Shown here: piece by piece, positions 1 through 11,280 of the stretch | Layout of the letters: the number at the start of each line of letters is the position of its first letter | Position numbering within the stretch: position 1 is the first letter of the stretch | From: Lytechinus pictus | Lineage: Eukaryota | Reading direction: 5' to 3' | Assembly: GCF_037042905.1 (NCBI RefSeq) | Contig: NC_087246.1 | Coordinates: 53,134,001-53,198,000 of the forward strand | Length of the DNA stretch: 64,000 nt | Translations under genes and position numbers: made by a program | The notes under the pieces: generated by a model | Seen by the model: the letters and a program-made list of their open reading frames with translations, nothing else | Databases searched by the model: none | What the model was told of the DNA's origin: nothing

Positions 1-626
1 GAGGGATTCCAAACAATTTGACAAAGCAACCAAAATGTATTGAATTATATGCATAGCTGTATTAATCAGACTGAGAGTTATGTCCTCTTTATATACACTC
101 CTTATATGGATACTATGTACAATCAATCTCTCTGCAGCTTCCATAACTTATTTCTGTAAGCTCTCATTGATAGCAACATTATCATCATTCTCATTAGCAG
201 TATGAAATGTGTTCACTCCGTGGGCATTAACTCTGAATATAAACATTACAGCGAGTGCTTCTATGCAAAATTAGTTTTATAAATATCTGTGAGTCGAGGA
301 CACCTCCTTGAACAATATTATCCGAAAAGATAATGGTGTGGTGTTTCACAAAACAAATAAATGACTTACACTACGACATAAATATGGCGAAACATTTATA
401 TGTATACAAGTCCAGTATAGATTGGGTTGTTTTCCACATTGGTTCAACAGTTCGTGTGGATTAGTGCTTCTATCTCATTATTTCATTCTTCAACCGTCAG
501 AATCCTTGCGTCTTCTTTTAGGCCACGCAGTAGATCCATAGAACGATACATATTAACAGTTTGTCAGTTTTAGAAACAGCTAGAATACAGTTCTACATCT
601 ATCTGCACATGGAAAGTTATGAGTGT

Positions 627-3600
627 TCAATAGAAATAGTCTGGAGGCCTTCTCCGCCTCCTAGGATAGCGTGAAGGGTTGACGTCTGAGTCACTAGAAT
701 CATCAGGTAATGGAATCCCTGGTTCTACTGTAGTCTCAGTAGAAGCCTGAGTAGGTTGTCCATCATTCACTACATCTGGTTCACGATCGGAAGTCCGATC
801 GCCTGTTCTGTCGGCTGGCTGAGTCCTCCAGGCCTCCGGTACATCAGATCCGTTGTAGAGCTTAAGGCGGTCGAAGTGGACCACTCTTAGTTTGCTCCTG
901 GGGGATCTCTGGATACGATAGGTCACGTCGGAAAGTCTGGACACCACTCGATAGGGGCCTTCCCATTTGGGTGCTAATTTGGGGCTGACTCCCTTCTTCC
1001 TGGCATTGTTGCGGAGCCATACGAACTGTCCAGCTTCATAGAGTTTCCCATCTGATTTCCGATCATAGTTCCTCTTCTGGCGTCGCAGTTCAACACCCTT
1101 ACGTTGCTGGGCCCTCTGGTACGTCTCTTCCATTCTTTCCCTCAGCTGCTGAGCATAGTCAGTCCACTCACTTCCATCCTGTTTGGAGAACTGCAAATCG
1201 ATAGGCAGTGAAACCTCTCGGCCAAACATCATCATGTTTGGAGTCTCCTTGATTGTGTCGTGCGTGGAGCTTCTGTATGCAGCTGTGTGTAGGGTATATA
1301 CCTGTCCCAGTCCCGCTGGTGCTTCTCTGGATCCAGTAGGGTAGCAAGAATATTGATCAGTGTCCGGTTGAACCTTTCATCACTCTTTGGGTTGTACGGT
1401 GTCGTCCTTGTCTTTCTGACACCCAGTAATTGACAAACTTCTTGGAAGATGTTGGACTCGAAGTTCCTGCCCTGGTCACTATGTATCTCATTAGGAACTC
1501 CATAGCGGCAGATGAATTCGTCCACTAGCTTCCGTGCCACCGTTTCAGCTCTTTCATCTGGTATTGCATATGCCTCGACATACTTGGTATAATAGTCAGC
1601 TACCACAAGAATGTACTTGTTCCCGTCATAAGTAACTGGCAATGGTCCCATAATGTCCAGGGCGATCCTCTCCATTGGATACCCACTCTGCCTCTGCTGT
1701 AGCGGAGCTCTTTTCCCTGGTCCTGCCTTCTGTCGGCGAGCGCAGTCTGGACATTGCCTAATGAAGGATCTGACATCTTTCTTCATTCCTACCCAGTAGA
1801 AGCGTTCCTGTACCTTGTGAAGAGTCTTTGTCATACCAAGATGTCCTGCCATGGGAGAGGAGTGAAGGTCCTGTAGCACCTCCGGTATCAGAGCTTTAGG
1901 AAGTACATAACGCCACCTGACATCTCGTCCATCTCCTGATTCCCACCTCCTGTAGAGAACACCATCTTTGACCTCTAGCTGGTCCCAGTGTTCCAGAAGA
2001 ACCTTGACCTTAAAAGGATATGCCGTCGCCTCTTCCCGGGATGGCTTCCTCTCTTCCACCAGTGCATTCCTGACTGGATTTATGTTAGGATCTTCCTGCT
2101 GGGCCTCTTGGATATCAGCTAGATTGTCATTCCTCAACGTGATGACATTGATATTCCCAGTGTCTCCTCCATAGATGCAGCCTCCTTCTCGCTTACACTG
2201 CCTGCATGGTCTTCGTGATAGAGCGTCAGTGTTGCTGTGAATCCTTCCAGCTCTGTGTATAATCTCAATGTCGTAGCTTGATATGACTTCCAGCCATCTT
2301 GCCAGCTGACCTTCAGGTTGCCGGAAATTCATCAGCCATCGCAGAGCTCCGTGATCAGTCCTCACCTGGACGTGGCGACCATACAAATACTGCTTGTAGT
2401 GTTTGAGGTACACTACTACAGCAAGTAGTTCCTTACGTGTTACACAGTAGTTCCTTTCTGGTTTGCTTAGGAGTCGGCTTCCATAGGCAATCACCCGTTC
2501 CTGGCCATTCTGTATCTGGGAGAGTACACCGCCGATACCATCATTGCTGATGTGTCCAGAATGAACCTTCCCTCCACAGTAGGGTACACCAGTATTGGAG
2601 CCGTGACTAGTCTGTGCTTCAGTTCCTCAAAAGCTTCTTGGCAGTCCTGGTTCCACTCAAACTTCCGTCCTTTCTCTGTCAGTTGGTGCAGAGGTCTAGC
2701 AATTCTAGCAAAGCCTTCAACGAAGCGACAGTAATAAGATGCAAGGCCTAAGAATCCACGGACCTCCCTCACTGACTCGGGTCTGGGCCATGTCCTGATT
2801 GTTTCTGTTTTGTCCTTTTCAGTCGATATGCCTTCTGCAGAGACGACGTGCCCAAGGTATGAAACAGAAGTCTTGAACAAGTTGCATTTCTTTGGCTTCT
2901 GCTTCAGCCCTGTCTGTCTTAGACGTTCAAACACCTGCTGCAGCCTCACCATCTCCTCATCAATGGATTTCCCGAACACGATCACGTCATCCAAGTAGAC
3001 CAATAATGTCTCCCAGTGCAGTCCTCTCAGTACCTGGTCCATGATTCTTTCAAACGTTGCTGGGGCGTTGCACATGCCAAAAGGCATAACCTTCCAGGCA
3101 TACAGTCCCCCATCTGCTAGGAAAGCTGACTTCCTCTTAGCATCCGAGTCAAGCTCTACCTGCCAGTACCCACTAGCAAGGTCCAACGTTGAAAACCATT
3201 TGCCTCCAGAGAGTGCATCAAGGGTCTCGTCGATACGAGGGAGAGGATATGCATCCTTAATGGTAACACTATTCAGTTGCCTGTAATCAACACAGAAGCG
3301 CTGGGAGCCGTCTTTCTTCCTGACTAAGACGATGTTGGCTGCCCATGGACTGTCTGAAGGCTCGATGAGTTCCCTGTCCAGGAATGCTTCCTGATTTCAT
3401 CTTGCTGTCCAAATGGATGTTTCCGTGGCCTCTGTTTGATTGGCCTGGTCTGTCCGGTGTCAACTGTATGCTTTACCAGGTTGGTTTTCCCCAGATCATA
3501 ATCTCCTTTGGAAAAGACATCCCGATATGTTGTCAGTAGCTTAGCAATAGGTGTATGGTACTGCTCTGGCACCTCTTGTATACTCCGCTCGTACAAATCA

Positions 3601-4505
3601 GTCAAGTACTCTGGTAGATCAATCTCCTCACTGGAAAGCTGAGATGCTTTGATATCTGGTTCTGATACTGCCGACAAATATCCTAGCTCTGTCCCCTTGT
3701 TTATCACACGTTGTGATTCTGTAGGGTTGTTTACTCTAACTGGGACTGCTCCATTACTAGTTCTGACGAGGGTCCTGGCCAAGATGATGCCTTTCTGTGT
3801 AAGTTGACGTCTATCATTTGATGCTTCAACAATGCCTGTAACGTCATCTGAAACCCCTTCCAGTACTTTTCGTGTAATGATGCCTTCTCGGCCTGCCGGT
3901 ATGGTGTACATCTCAGTAGCTATGATGCGGAAGCAAATTCTAGTGTTGTCTTCATGGCGATACTGAACCGAACCCCACTTAGTTTCCATTGTAGCAGTCT
4001 CCAAGTTAAGCCTTGCTCCTAACTGCAGAAGAGTATCCATGCCCAAGACTCCATCGCTACAGATATCAGCGACAATCAGGGTGATCCTTGCCTTCCCCTG
4101 GCCTATTATCACTTCTGTGTGGATCTTTCCGTCCACCTCTAGGTGTGAGCCATCTGCAAGCATAACCTTCTCTGTAGTTGCTTGAATCGCAGGTTTCTTT
4201 TGTAGTTTCGCATAACCTGACTTGGAGGTGTATGTATCCGTTGCTCCTGTGTCTACCAGAAAACTCAGCTGTGCCCCACTGATGGTGACTGGCACATACA
4301 TGCCCTTCAGAATTCCCTTGTTGATTTCTCCATTGTACCTGGTTGTAACTATTGGCGGTGTGGCATTTGGTATTGAGGGGCTGGTGCTTCCAGGTTCCAC
4401 GGCCGCGCCATGCCCCCCTGGGGCGACCTTACTTCGTTTGTTGAGCTCTGATATTGTTGCTCGGCTTGATGAATCTGAGCTTCGTCTCTCATCCTCTTTT
4501 TGCAC
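627..4505 (-). pseudogene. pol: Gypsy pol (protease, RT, RNase H, integrase with GPY/F), broken into 4 ORFs
   Basis: ORFs 3324-4505, 2491-3186 (frame extends upstream as ELIEPSDSPWAANIVLVRKKDGSQRFCVDYRQLN), 1232-2494 and 627-1235. Frameshifts near 3390, 2550 and 1290. NPKSD-ERFN lacks the usual three residues before the catalytic E. Confidence 0.93.
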
Positions 4506-6071
4506 TTCCTCTTCATGTGGCCTTTCTTTCCGCAGTAGTAGCAGCTACCATCAAATTTATTTGAATTACCCTGCTGCTGATGTTGCTGTTGCTTGTCAGT
4601 AGGTACCACAGTCTGAGGTTGTGGCTGTAGTGCGGTCCTGATGGCCTCTACCAATTCTTCCTTCAATGTGGTCATCTAAGCATTACGCTTGGAGAGTTCT
4701 TCCTTCAAGGTAGCTACCATAGCTTTCACTTCTGAAATTGGTTCGGAAGTTGATTTATCTTCCTCATTCTCCTTTGTCATTGCCCTGCTGTACTTAGGTT
4801 TCCTACTGCTCCGCTGGTCTTCAGAATGATGGAAGGCCTCAGCTACCACTGCAGCATGTACCATATCATCCAATGTCTTACATTGGTTGTTGAACACTGC
4901 CTCTCTGAGCTTGGGTTTCACAAGGGCATCCATGAAGTGTCCCTTCGCCAATCTGTCCCGAACATCAAAGTCCAGCTCTGGATAGGCCAATGCGGTGAGC
5001 TCTCTGATGCTTTGTGCAAGCTCCTTGAGTGTCTCGCCCTCCTGTCTCTGTCTTTGCTTCAGCTCTAGTAGATGATTCTCAGCCTGTTTATTGTCTGGAG
5101 AACCGGTTGGCAAGCATTCTCTTCAGGTCACTGGAGCCTACTATCTGCCTTTGTTCCCGTAGCAGCCTTAGTGCCTGACCTCTTAAGCATGATGCCAGGA
5201 TCCTCCCTGCTTCTTCATCATCCCAGCCATTCACTGCTCGGCATGAGTCGAAATGTTGGCTGTAATCAATCCATGATGAACATCCATCATATTTGTCTGG
5301 CTTGATAAAGTGGGTACATCTAGGCTTCTGTTGGGCGTCCGGTGATGACCTTGGTTTTGACGTCTGCCCGTGTTGGAGTGTATCTTCCAATGCTTGATGG
5401 ATTATGGCCTGGAGCCTACTGTCATCAATTGGAGGGTCTCGCACAGCAGTTGGTTGCACCGCTGGTGATGCCGTTTCCCTGGCAGCATTTTGTACTGGCG
5501 AATTAATAGGATTGCCTCTATTATTCCATCGCGTAGTATTGGATGGGACTTCCTCATCCTCAGTTGATGATGCTGTTTGTGTAGACCTATCTGTGCTTCC
5601 CCGAGTGCTCAGTTTTCTTCGTCTCCGTCTGGTAGGCTTACTCTGCTCATTAGAGAATGATAAAAGCAGCTTCTCCATCTGTGATTGCATAGCTTGTGCC
5701 TGTTGCATCATCGCGACCTGGGCATTGGCTTGCTGTTTCATCATCTCGTTTTGAACCTTGACTTGATGTTTCATCATCTCGTCCTGAGCTAGCTTGGCTT
5801 GATTTTTCATCATCTGTGCAATCTCCATCAGAGCCTTGGTCTTCTGCCTCCTCCTCCTCCTACTGGTAGATAACTTGATTCCAGAATGTGTAGAAACTGA
5901 TTCATCCCCTGAAGAATTGCTGCCATCTGTTCCAGATGTCCTCACATTCTCCATCCCACTTCTGACACCATTTGTGTGGCGGCCCTCCGTCTTTGAACGG
6001 GTCCTGGATGCTGGGGGGCCGGCCTGTCCCTTGCCTCTATCACCTTCATCCGTTGATGAATTACTAGCCAT
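4349..6071 (-). pseudogene. gag: Gypsy gag, broken by a frameshift (~5110) and a stop (4676-4678)
   Basis: ATG at 6071. Capsid-like IKPDKYDG..W.DY..HF..C...NGWD and RQRQEGETLKELAQSIRELTALAYP. CX2CX4HX4C knuckle in 4349-4675. Confidence 0.88.
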
Positions 6072-6512
6072 CTTTGATGCGAGCGGCTTCCTTATAATCT
6101 GTATAATATGGCTTTATGTAGAGACCTGGGCGTGTTCCGTTTTCCCAAAATATATGGGGGTGGAGTGTTGAGGAGTAGTCTGAACAGAGATTTCTATTGG
6201 GGCTGTATAATATCTATGGGTAGGCTTATACTGCAGTAGTCAATTGGATTCCATAGATCACACAGGTTGGAGACGATGATTACATTTGGTGTATGACAAC
6301 GGTCATATTTTAATTATACATCATTGTTCAGCAATTGTACAGGTTATCACCATTAACACCGTCACCAATTATCCAGAATTGTATTTGCAGTAGTAGAAAT
6401 TAAGCGAGCAATGTTCATTTCCAAACCTTTTCTTGATTCAGCCCAGTTTGAGAGGAGCGCAGGGAGTTCTTCGTCCGACTCCGACCTCCGCCAGCGTCGA
6501 AGTGACGAGATC

Positions 6513-6684
6513 GTGTGTGTGTATTTGAGTTTTGTCAGACGTGTATCAATCAGATATGATTATTTACGTCTGGGACCGACCTTTAACGTCACCATCCGAA
6601 AGACATGACCAGGGCTCGAACCTCTGCATCAATTTGTAACTTCCCCGCATAGCTTGGATTACAGGCGCACGCCACAATCACTGC
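6513..6684 (-). mobile_element. SINE-like element with a 7SL/Alu-domain-like head, B box, central core and (CA)n tail
   Basis: Minus strand: GTGGCGTGCGCCTGTAATCCAAGCTATGCGGG (6675-6644), B box GGTTCGAGCCC (6622-6612), core GTCTTTCGGATGGTGACGTTAAAGGTCGGTCCC (6604-6572), tail TACACACACAC. Confidence 0.7.
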
Positions 6685-6693
6685 GAAACTCCG

Positions 6694-6702
6694 CTATTTA
6701 TA
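6694..6702 (-). promoter_or_regulatory. TATA box of the LTR promoter
   Basis: TATAAATAG on the minus strand, ~135 nt inside the putative LTR start. Confidence 0.55.
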
Positions 6703-6836
6703 GTCTCCGAGAGCTGCCTTACGCAGTGCGTTGCGTAAGTCGATCATTGAGTTCTGGTTCTAACGCACCAAAAGCTATAGCGCCATCTACGTTTACTGCA
6801 TTATAACCAAAAACCGTAGCAAACGGGTTCGCTACA

Positions 6837-6911
6837 GTACCCTGATTATTAGTAGTTGTCATATTGGCAAAGTTACAACAGTATTGTACAACCGTTATGA
6901 ACGGGCCCCTG
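6837..6911 (-). mobile_element. MITE half interrupted by the Gypsy insertion
   Basis: Minus strand GGGGCCCGTTCATAA...GTAACTTTGCC resembles the MITE at ~24351-24503. Confidence 0.55.
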
Positions 6912-7187
6912 GTAAACTGTATTATCGTCATACCCTACATGTTCTACATTAAAGCAAAACCAGGCCGGCTGTGTTTTAAGATCTTGAACGTCGTTATATT
7001 CGTCGGTAGGGCATATGCGGTTTAACCATGACTATAATCGAATGATAATTGCTAATTTTCAGTAAAATAGGCTGTATCCAGGCCAATTATTGGCAAATAA
7101 GTCGTGAAAAATATTTTTTTTTTAAGGACTAGCATTATCCTACCGAATCGACATCCATGCATCGTTGACGAATGCATATAGTACACG

Positions 7188-7383
7188 ATGTCGAGTTTAA
7201 AAAACATCGTTTCCCGGATGAATGTATGGTGGATGGCGTGTTTGTTCCATCTATGTCTTGCTTTCCGTGCTATACCACTTTCCACACCGGTGATCATCGA
7301 CGATATCGCAAAGGATCTTCAAACGACCACGGCTGAGGTCGGGATGATGTTCGCAAGTTTCTCAATAACTTTTGGTATTTCAG
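7188..7383 (+). CDS. SLC16/MCT-like MFS transporter, alternative first coding exon 1a (TM1-TM2)
   Basis: ATG, 65 codons + 1 nt, ends ...FGIS G^GTAAGG (phase 1). Splices in frame to the exon at 27936; predicted protein 586 aa. Confidence 0.75.
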
Positions 7384-7557
7384 GTAAGGCTCGGATCGTT
7401 TGATAACAAAAAAATGTGATAATATATCTTTCTATATGAGTGGGAAAATTTTCAGCCATGATACAGCATTTCAGATATTTACCTAGGGATACCTAAAGAG
7501 GGAAGATCAGTCCGAGCATGCTTTGTAGGTTTTATGACATCTGGTGACGGTGACTAT

Positions 7558-7707
7558 CAGGGGCCGCGGAAGCGGGGGGGGGGGGGGGGGGCTTCAGCCC
7601 CCCCCCCCACTTTTTTCCAAAATCGTGTGTAAAATGACCATATGATTGTGATTTTTTGCATGATCAGCCCCCCCCCCCCCACTTTGAAAACCGTTCCGCG
7701 GCCCCTG
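7558..7707. mobile_element. MITE with CAGGGGCCGCGGAA TIRs
   Basis: TIRs and ACTAT target duplication. Relatives at ~39920-40057 and 63400-63470. Confidence 0.85.
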
Positions 7708-7724
7708 ACTATCATTGCATGTAA

Positions 7725-8551
7725 GGAAGTGTATAGTGACTTGACTATATCTTTTTATATATCTCCATCTATATATTCTTTCCTTGTATATATTTTCATT
7801 TATATTTCAACATACTGTACATGTATATAAATTCTTTTTTTTATTTCCAATGTCATGTCTATATTCTAACTTGTTTCTGCCATGTGCAATGTACTACTAT
7901 ACTGTACTTGCACAGAACAAGGTAACTCATTTCCTGCCCAAATCTACTTGGCAAACACATTCTTAAATTGAGAGACAACCTTTCTGTTGTTCCTAGACTT
8001 GGAGCAAACATCCTTTCATTGTCCCTTGTTTATTGCAATGATTTTGCAGGTATATCACTACAGAGATGCTTGCATGTTTGCCTTTTTAACAGTCTGCTTC
8101 TCTCTTTGGCGCTTATTTCTTTGTCTCACCTTTTCTGATGTTGGTAAAAACAACTTGTTTTCTCCACCACATGCATCACTCTACTCTCTGCCTTCGTCCT
8201 GACCACTCATGCTGACCATCTCATCCAGCTGCTAGTGAGGATCGACTCAAATCTTGTGGAGGATCAATTTATACGTATTTCTCTACATTTTCCATTCTTG
8301 CTTCTTACCGTCACTTCCACTCCTTCGAAGCCTATATTCTCTGCAGTATTTAGTGAGCTCATTACTTCGCGAGACATTTTGTGACATCTATCCCTTTTCT
8401 ACTCTATTTGAAATCGTCAAGTGTAAATATTTCTTATCACGGGATTTGTGCAATTAACCTGAGCGGCTGGATCCCATTCTACTCTGGCGAGCAAGAATTA
8501 AGGTAGGACACATCTTTTTCTATAAATATTAGGAGAGCTGTACTAATTTCC
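7725..8551. mobile_element. ~830-bp insertion with weak GGAA..TTCC termini and a TAA duplication
   Basis: Removing it restores the left arm of the fold-back element. Confidence 0.5.
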
Positions 8552-8635
8552 TAAAGAAGGATTGCGTTATTGTCCATGCATAAAGCTACCCTGTAAAGAT
8601 CTGGGTATCATTGTTATTTCAAGATGGTTTTGAGG

Positions 8636-8846
8636 TGACACGACACGACATATGCTCCTGCGACATTTGCTCCGGTCTTAATATATCAGTGTTTTCTTGG
8701 GTTCGAGTTAGGATTGTAAAATATTTGGGGGTTTAGATAAAATAATGCAAATAGATTAGGATTAAGGTTTTAGAGGTAAGGTTTTGTGTTCGGCTCAGCG
8801 TGTAGATTTGTCATCGGAGCATATAATTATGTCGTGTCGTGTCACC
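8636..8846. mobile_element. MITE with GTGACACGACA..GCTCC termini and a GGTTA-rich interior
   Basis: Terminal inverted repeats. Relatives at ~19560-19700 and ~30435-30582. Confidence 0.6.
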
Positions 8847-9443
8847 TCAACACCACCCTGAAAGAACAATATACCCATGCAGACCTTTACAGGGTAGCTT
8901 TATGGACCTATGATGAAGAGGTGTACAATAACGCGAAACTTTCTAAGGGCTGGTCACACCGCCAGAAGTTTGCTGGAGCGGTGAACATTTTTATCACCGC
9001 TCGTTACCGTTCACCACCGTTTAACAGAAGTTGGCCCCCGGTAAGGCAACGCCGTATACGCTGGGCCATTGCTGATGGTCCCTCCTACCGCTCTGAAAGT
9101 TTTGAGTTGCACAAAATATTGCGAGCGGTGAGGAGCGGGCAATTTTCCGCTCCGACAAAGTTCACCACCGCTCCAACAACGCCCAGTCACTGTTTGGCAC
9201 CGCCAGACGCAAGCTCGTGGCGGCTTGGGTCCGCTCGGCCAACGCAGAAATCTTTAACTCTGGACCATAGCTCTGGACCACCGCTGCTTTGCCAGCTTTG
9301 TTCGGGCGGTGATTAAACGTTGCACAAACTTTGGTGGAGCGGTTTTAAGCGCTTTACGAGCGGACACGGGATTGCTGAAACGGTGTCGGGCGTTGAATTA
9401 TAGCAGCGATCAATTGCGGTGATGAACTTTGGTTTGGCGTTCG

Positions 9444-10829
9444 CAGTGGCGTACCGTGGGTCACGGCATTGGGGGGGGGGGGGCACCAGTAAAAATTTCG
9501 AGTCACTTATGGAGCGCGCGAAGCGTGCTCAGTTGCTAGGTATACTGACCTAATAGACACATTTTAATGACATGCAGTGCCATTACACGGATGTGTATCT
9601 CACTGATTAAATAATGCGAGCGCGAAGCGCAGGCTGAAAATTGTTGATATTCAGACCTAAAAAGGGACATAATAAGCAATTTTTTGTAATCATGATACGT
9701 ACCTGTCTCGCTAAACAAACAATGCGAGCGCGAGCTGAAATTTTTGTATACATTGAACCCATGCAAACAGGCCATTTCAAGGACTATATTTTAGGAATCC
9801 ATTAAGAGTATAAATATCTCAGCATAGTCATCTAATGCTAGTCCCATCCTTTGCTGATTTCGTTAGAATTACATCTAAACACATGAAGCACTTTTTGTAG
9901 TCATTGTAATCATTATAGCTCAGTCGGTAGAGCGGGGGTTTCGGATTCCGGTGACCCGGGTTCGATTCCCAAGTGGTGCGCTAGTGCCCTTTGGTAAGGC
10001 ATTTATCCTCATTACCAGGTCCCTCGGAGAGGACCTTAAGCCGTTGGTCCCCTGGTTGCTTGCTCACAGGCATTCGTGCTTTCTTAGCAGTCAGGTAAAA
10101 CAACCTCGGTATATATCATATCATTATCATATATGCATCTCACTAATCAATAACTGCGAGCGCGAAGCGCGAGCTGAAAATTTAGGAAATTCAGACCTGA
10201 AGAGGGACATTCTAAGGCTTGTTCGTAGGAATTCACTAAGACTTTACGTATTTTACTAACCAAATGATGCGAGCGCGAAGCGCGAGCTGAAAATTTTTGA
10301 TATTCAGATTAAAAAAAATTGATATTTTAAGGACTGATTTTAGGAATTCATGAAGAGCAGACATCTCACCAATAAACTAATGCGAACGTTAGCACGGACA
10401 GGAAATGTTTTATATTAAGACCTTAAAATAGGGCAATCACTTTAAGTAGTAATGAAAAAGAAGCAAATGTCACTACATAAAACACTAATAACTCGAATGG
10501 CGAGGAAATATATTTGGTGTATATTGATTCGAAAACGGGAGGTTTTAGTACAACAGGATTATATATCTCGTTAAACAGTCTATGCGAGCACCAGGAACAA
10601 TGAAGACATATAGGACCTGAGCAAATAATGTTTCATATGAAAAAATGCTTCTTATGTAATATAACATAATACAACCGTATAATGAACAATAATTTCTTCT
10701 TTTCCCACTACGTTTCTCTTCCTTTCTCCCTCTTTTTCTCCTTTTCCCCGTTTTTTTTTTTTTTTTTTTTTTGGGGGGGGGGGCCAGCCGATGGGGGGGG
10801 GGCACATGCCCCACGTAGTTACGCCAATG
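9444..10829 (+). mobile_element. hAT-like non-autonomous element with internal GCGAGCGCGAAGCGCGAGC repeats
   Basis: TIRs CAGTGGCGTA / TACGCCAATG; perfect 8-bp TSD GGCGTTCG (9436-9443 and 10830-10837). Confidence 0.85.
9916..10119 (+). mobile_element. tRNA-derived SINE
   Basis: A box TAGCTCAGTCGG, B box GGTTCGATTCC, non-tRNA body. ATCATTA on both sides (9909-9915 and 10120-10126). Confidence 0.85.
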
Positions 10830-11280
10830 GGCGTTCGTATGGAGTTGTCGGAGCGGGACCAGACTTTGGCTATAAATATGGGAGAAATGGACCAGGAGCC
10901 CATTTGGAATCTATCAGAACTTCTATCAAAGAGATCTGTTCAGCTCCGTAGTCAAAAGCGGTATGTCGCTAAAGCAACTTTAAACCCCCGTCGAGCCAAC
11001 GCGCGCATGCGCAGAACGCCGCTCTATCAACGCTTGCGTCACCGCTAAATCAACGCTCGCTACCGCTCGATACCGTTAAACCAACGCTAAAGCAACGCCG
11101 GTTTTAGCGGTGCACCGCTAAGGCAACGCCCGTGTTTTCGATTCCACCCCCCCCCCCCCCCATTTTGTGCACGGTGACGAGCGTTGTCGAAATTCGGCCC
11201 CCTCTCCCTATCGTTCAAGGAACGCTCAAACAAAGTTCGGGCGGTGTGGGCCTTTACATGCAATGATAGTCACCGTCACC

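Larger units (their letters stand above)
1..6836 (-). mobile_element. Ty3/Gypsy LTR retrotransposon, degenerate; 3' LTR not in window
   Basis: Minus-strand ORFs in the order Gag-PR-RT-RH-INT. Motifs: CCHC knuckle CYYCGKKGHMKRKC, protease FLVDTGA, RT YLDD, RNase H YCVTRKELLAVV...TDH, integrase HHCC plus DDE, C-terminal WEGPY. Several frameshifts and a stop. Confidence 0.96.
6117..6836 (-). repeat. Putative 5' LTR of the Gypsy element
   Basis: On the minus strand it starts TGTAG at 6836, exactly where a MITE is cut, and a matching CTACA ends at 6117, 46 nt before the gag ATG. Contains a TATA box and ATTAAA. No second LTR is available to confirm the boundaries. Confidence 0.6.
8947..11253. mobile_element. 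PIF/Harbinger-like non-autonomous element containing the 9444-10829 insertion
   Basis: TIRs GGGCTGGTCACACCGCC / GGCGGTGTGGGCC flanked by TAA/TTA. Confidence 0.7.

Noticed and set aside
1-626. 3' LTR or env gene of the Gypsy element
   Set aside because: No match to 6117-6836, no polypurine tract and no long ORF; treated as 3' internal sequence
6644-6675. Human Alu contamination or a true 7SL gene
   Set aside because: Similarity is limited to ~32 nt; the rest is neither Alu nor SRP S-domain, and it is embedded in an LTR
8786-9316. 176-aa ORF as a gene
   Set aside because: Crosses the boundaries of three repeat elements and has no protein-like motif
9916-9975. tRNA gene
   Set aside because: No acceptor-stem pairing; it continues into a SINE body and lies inside a transposon
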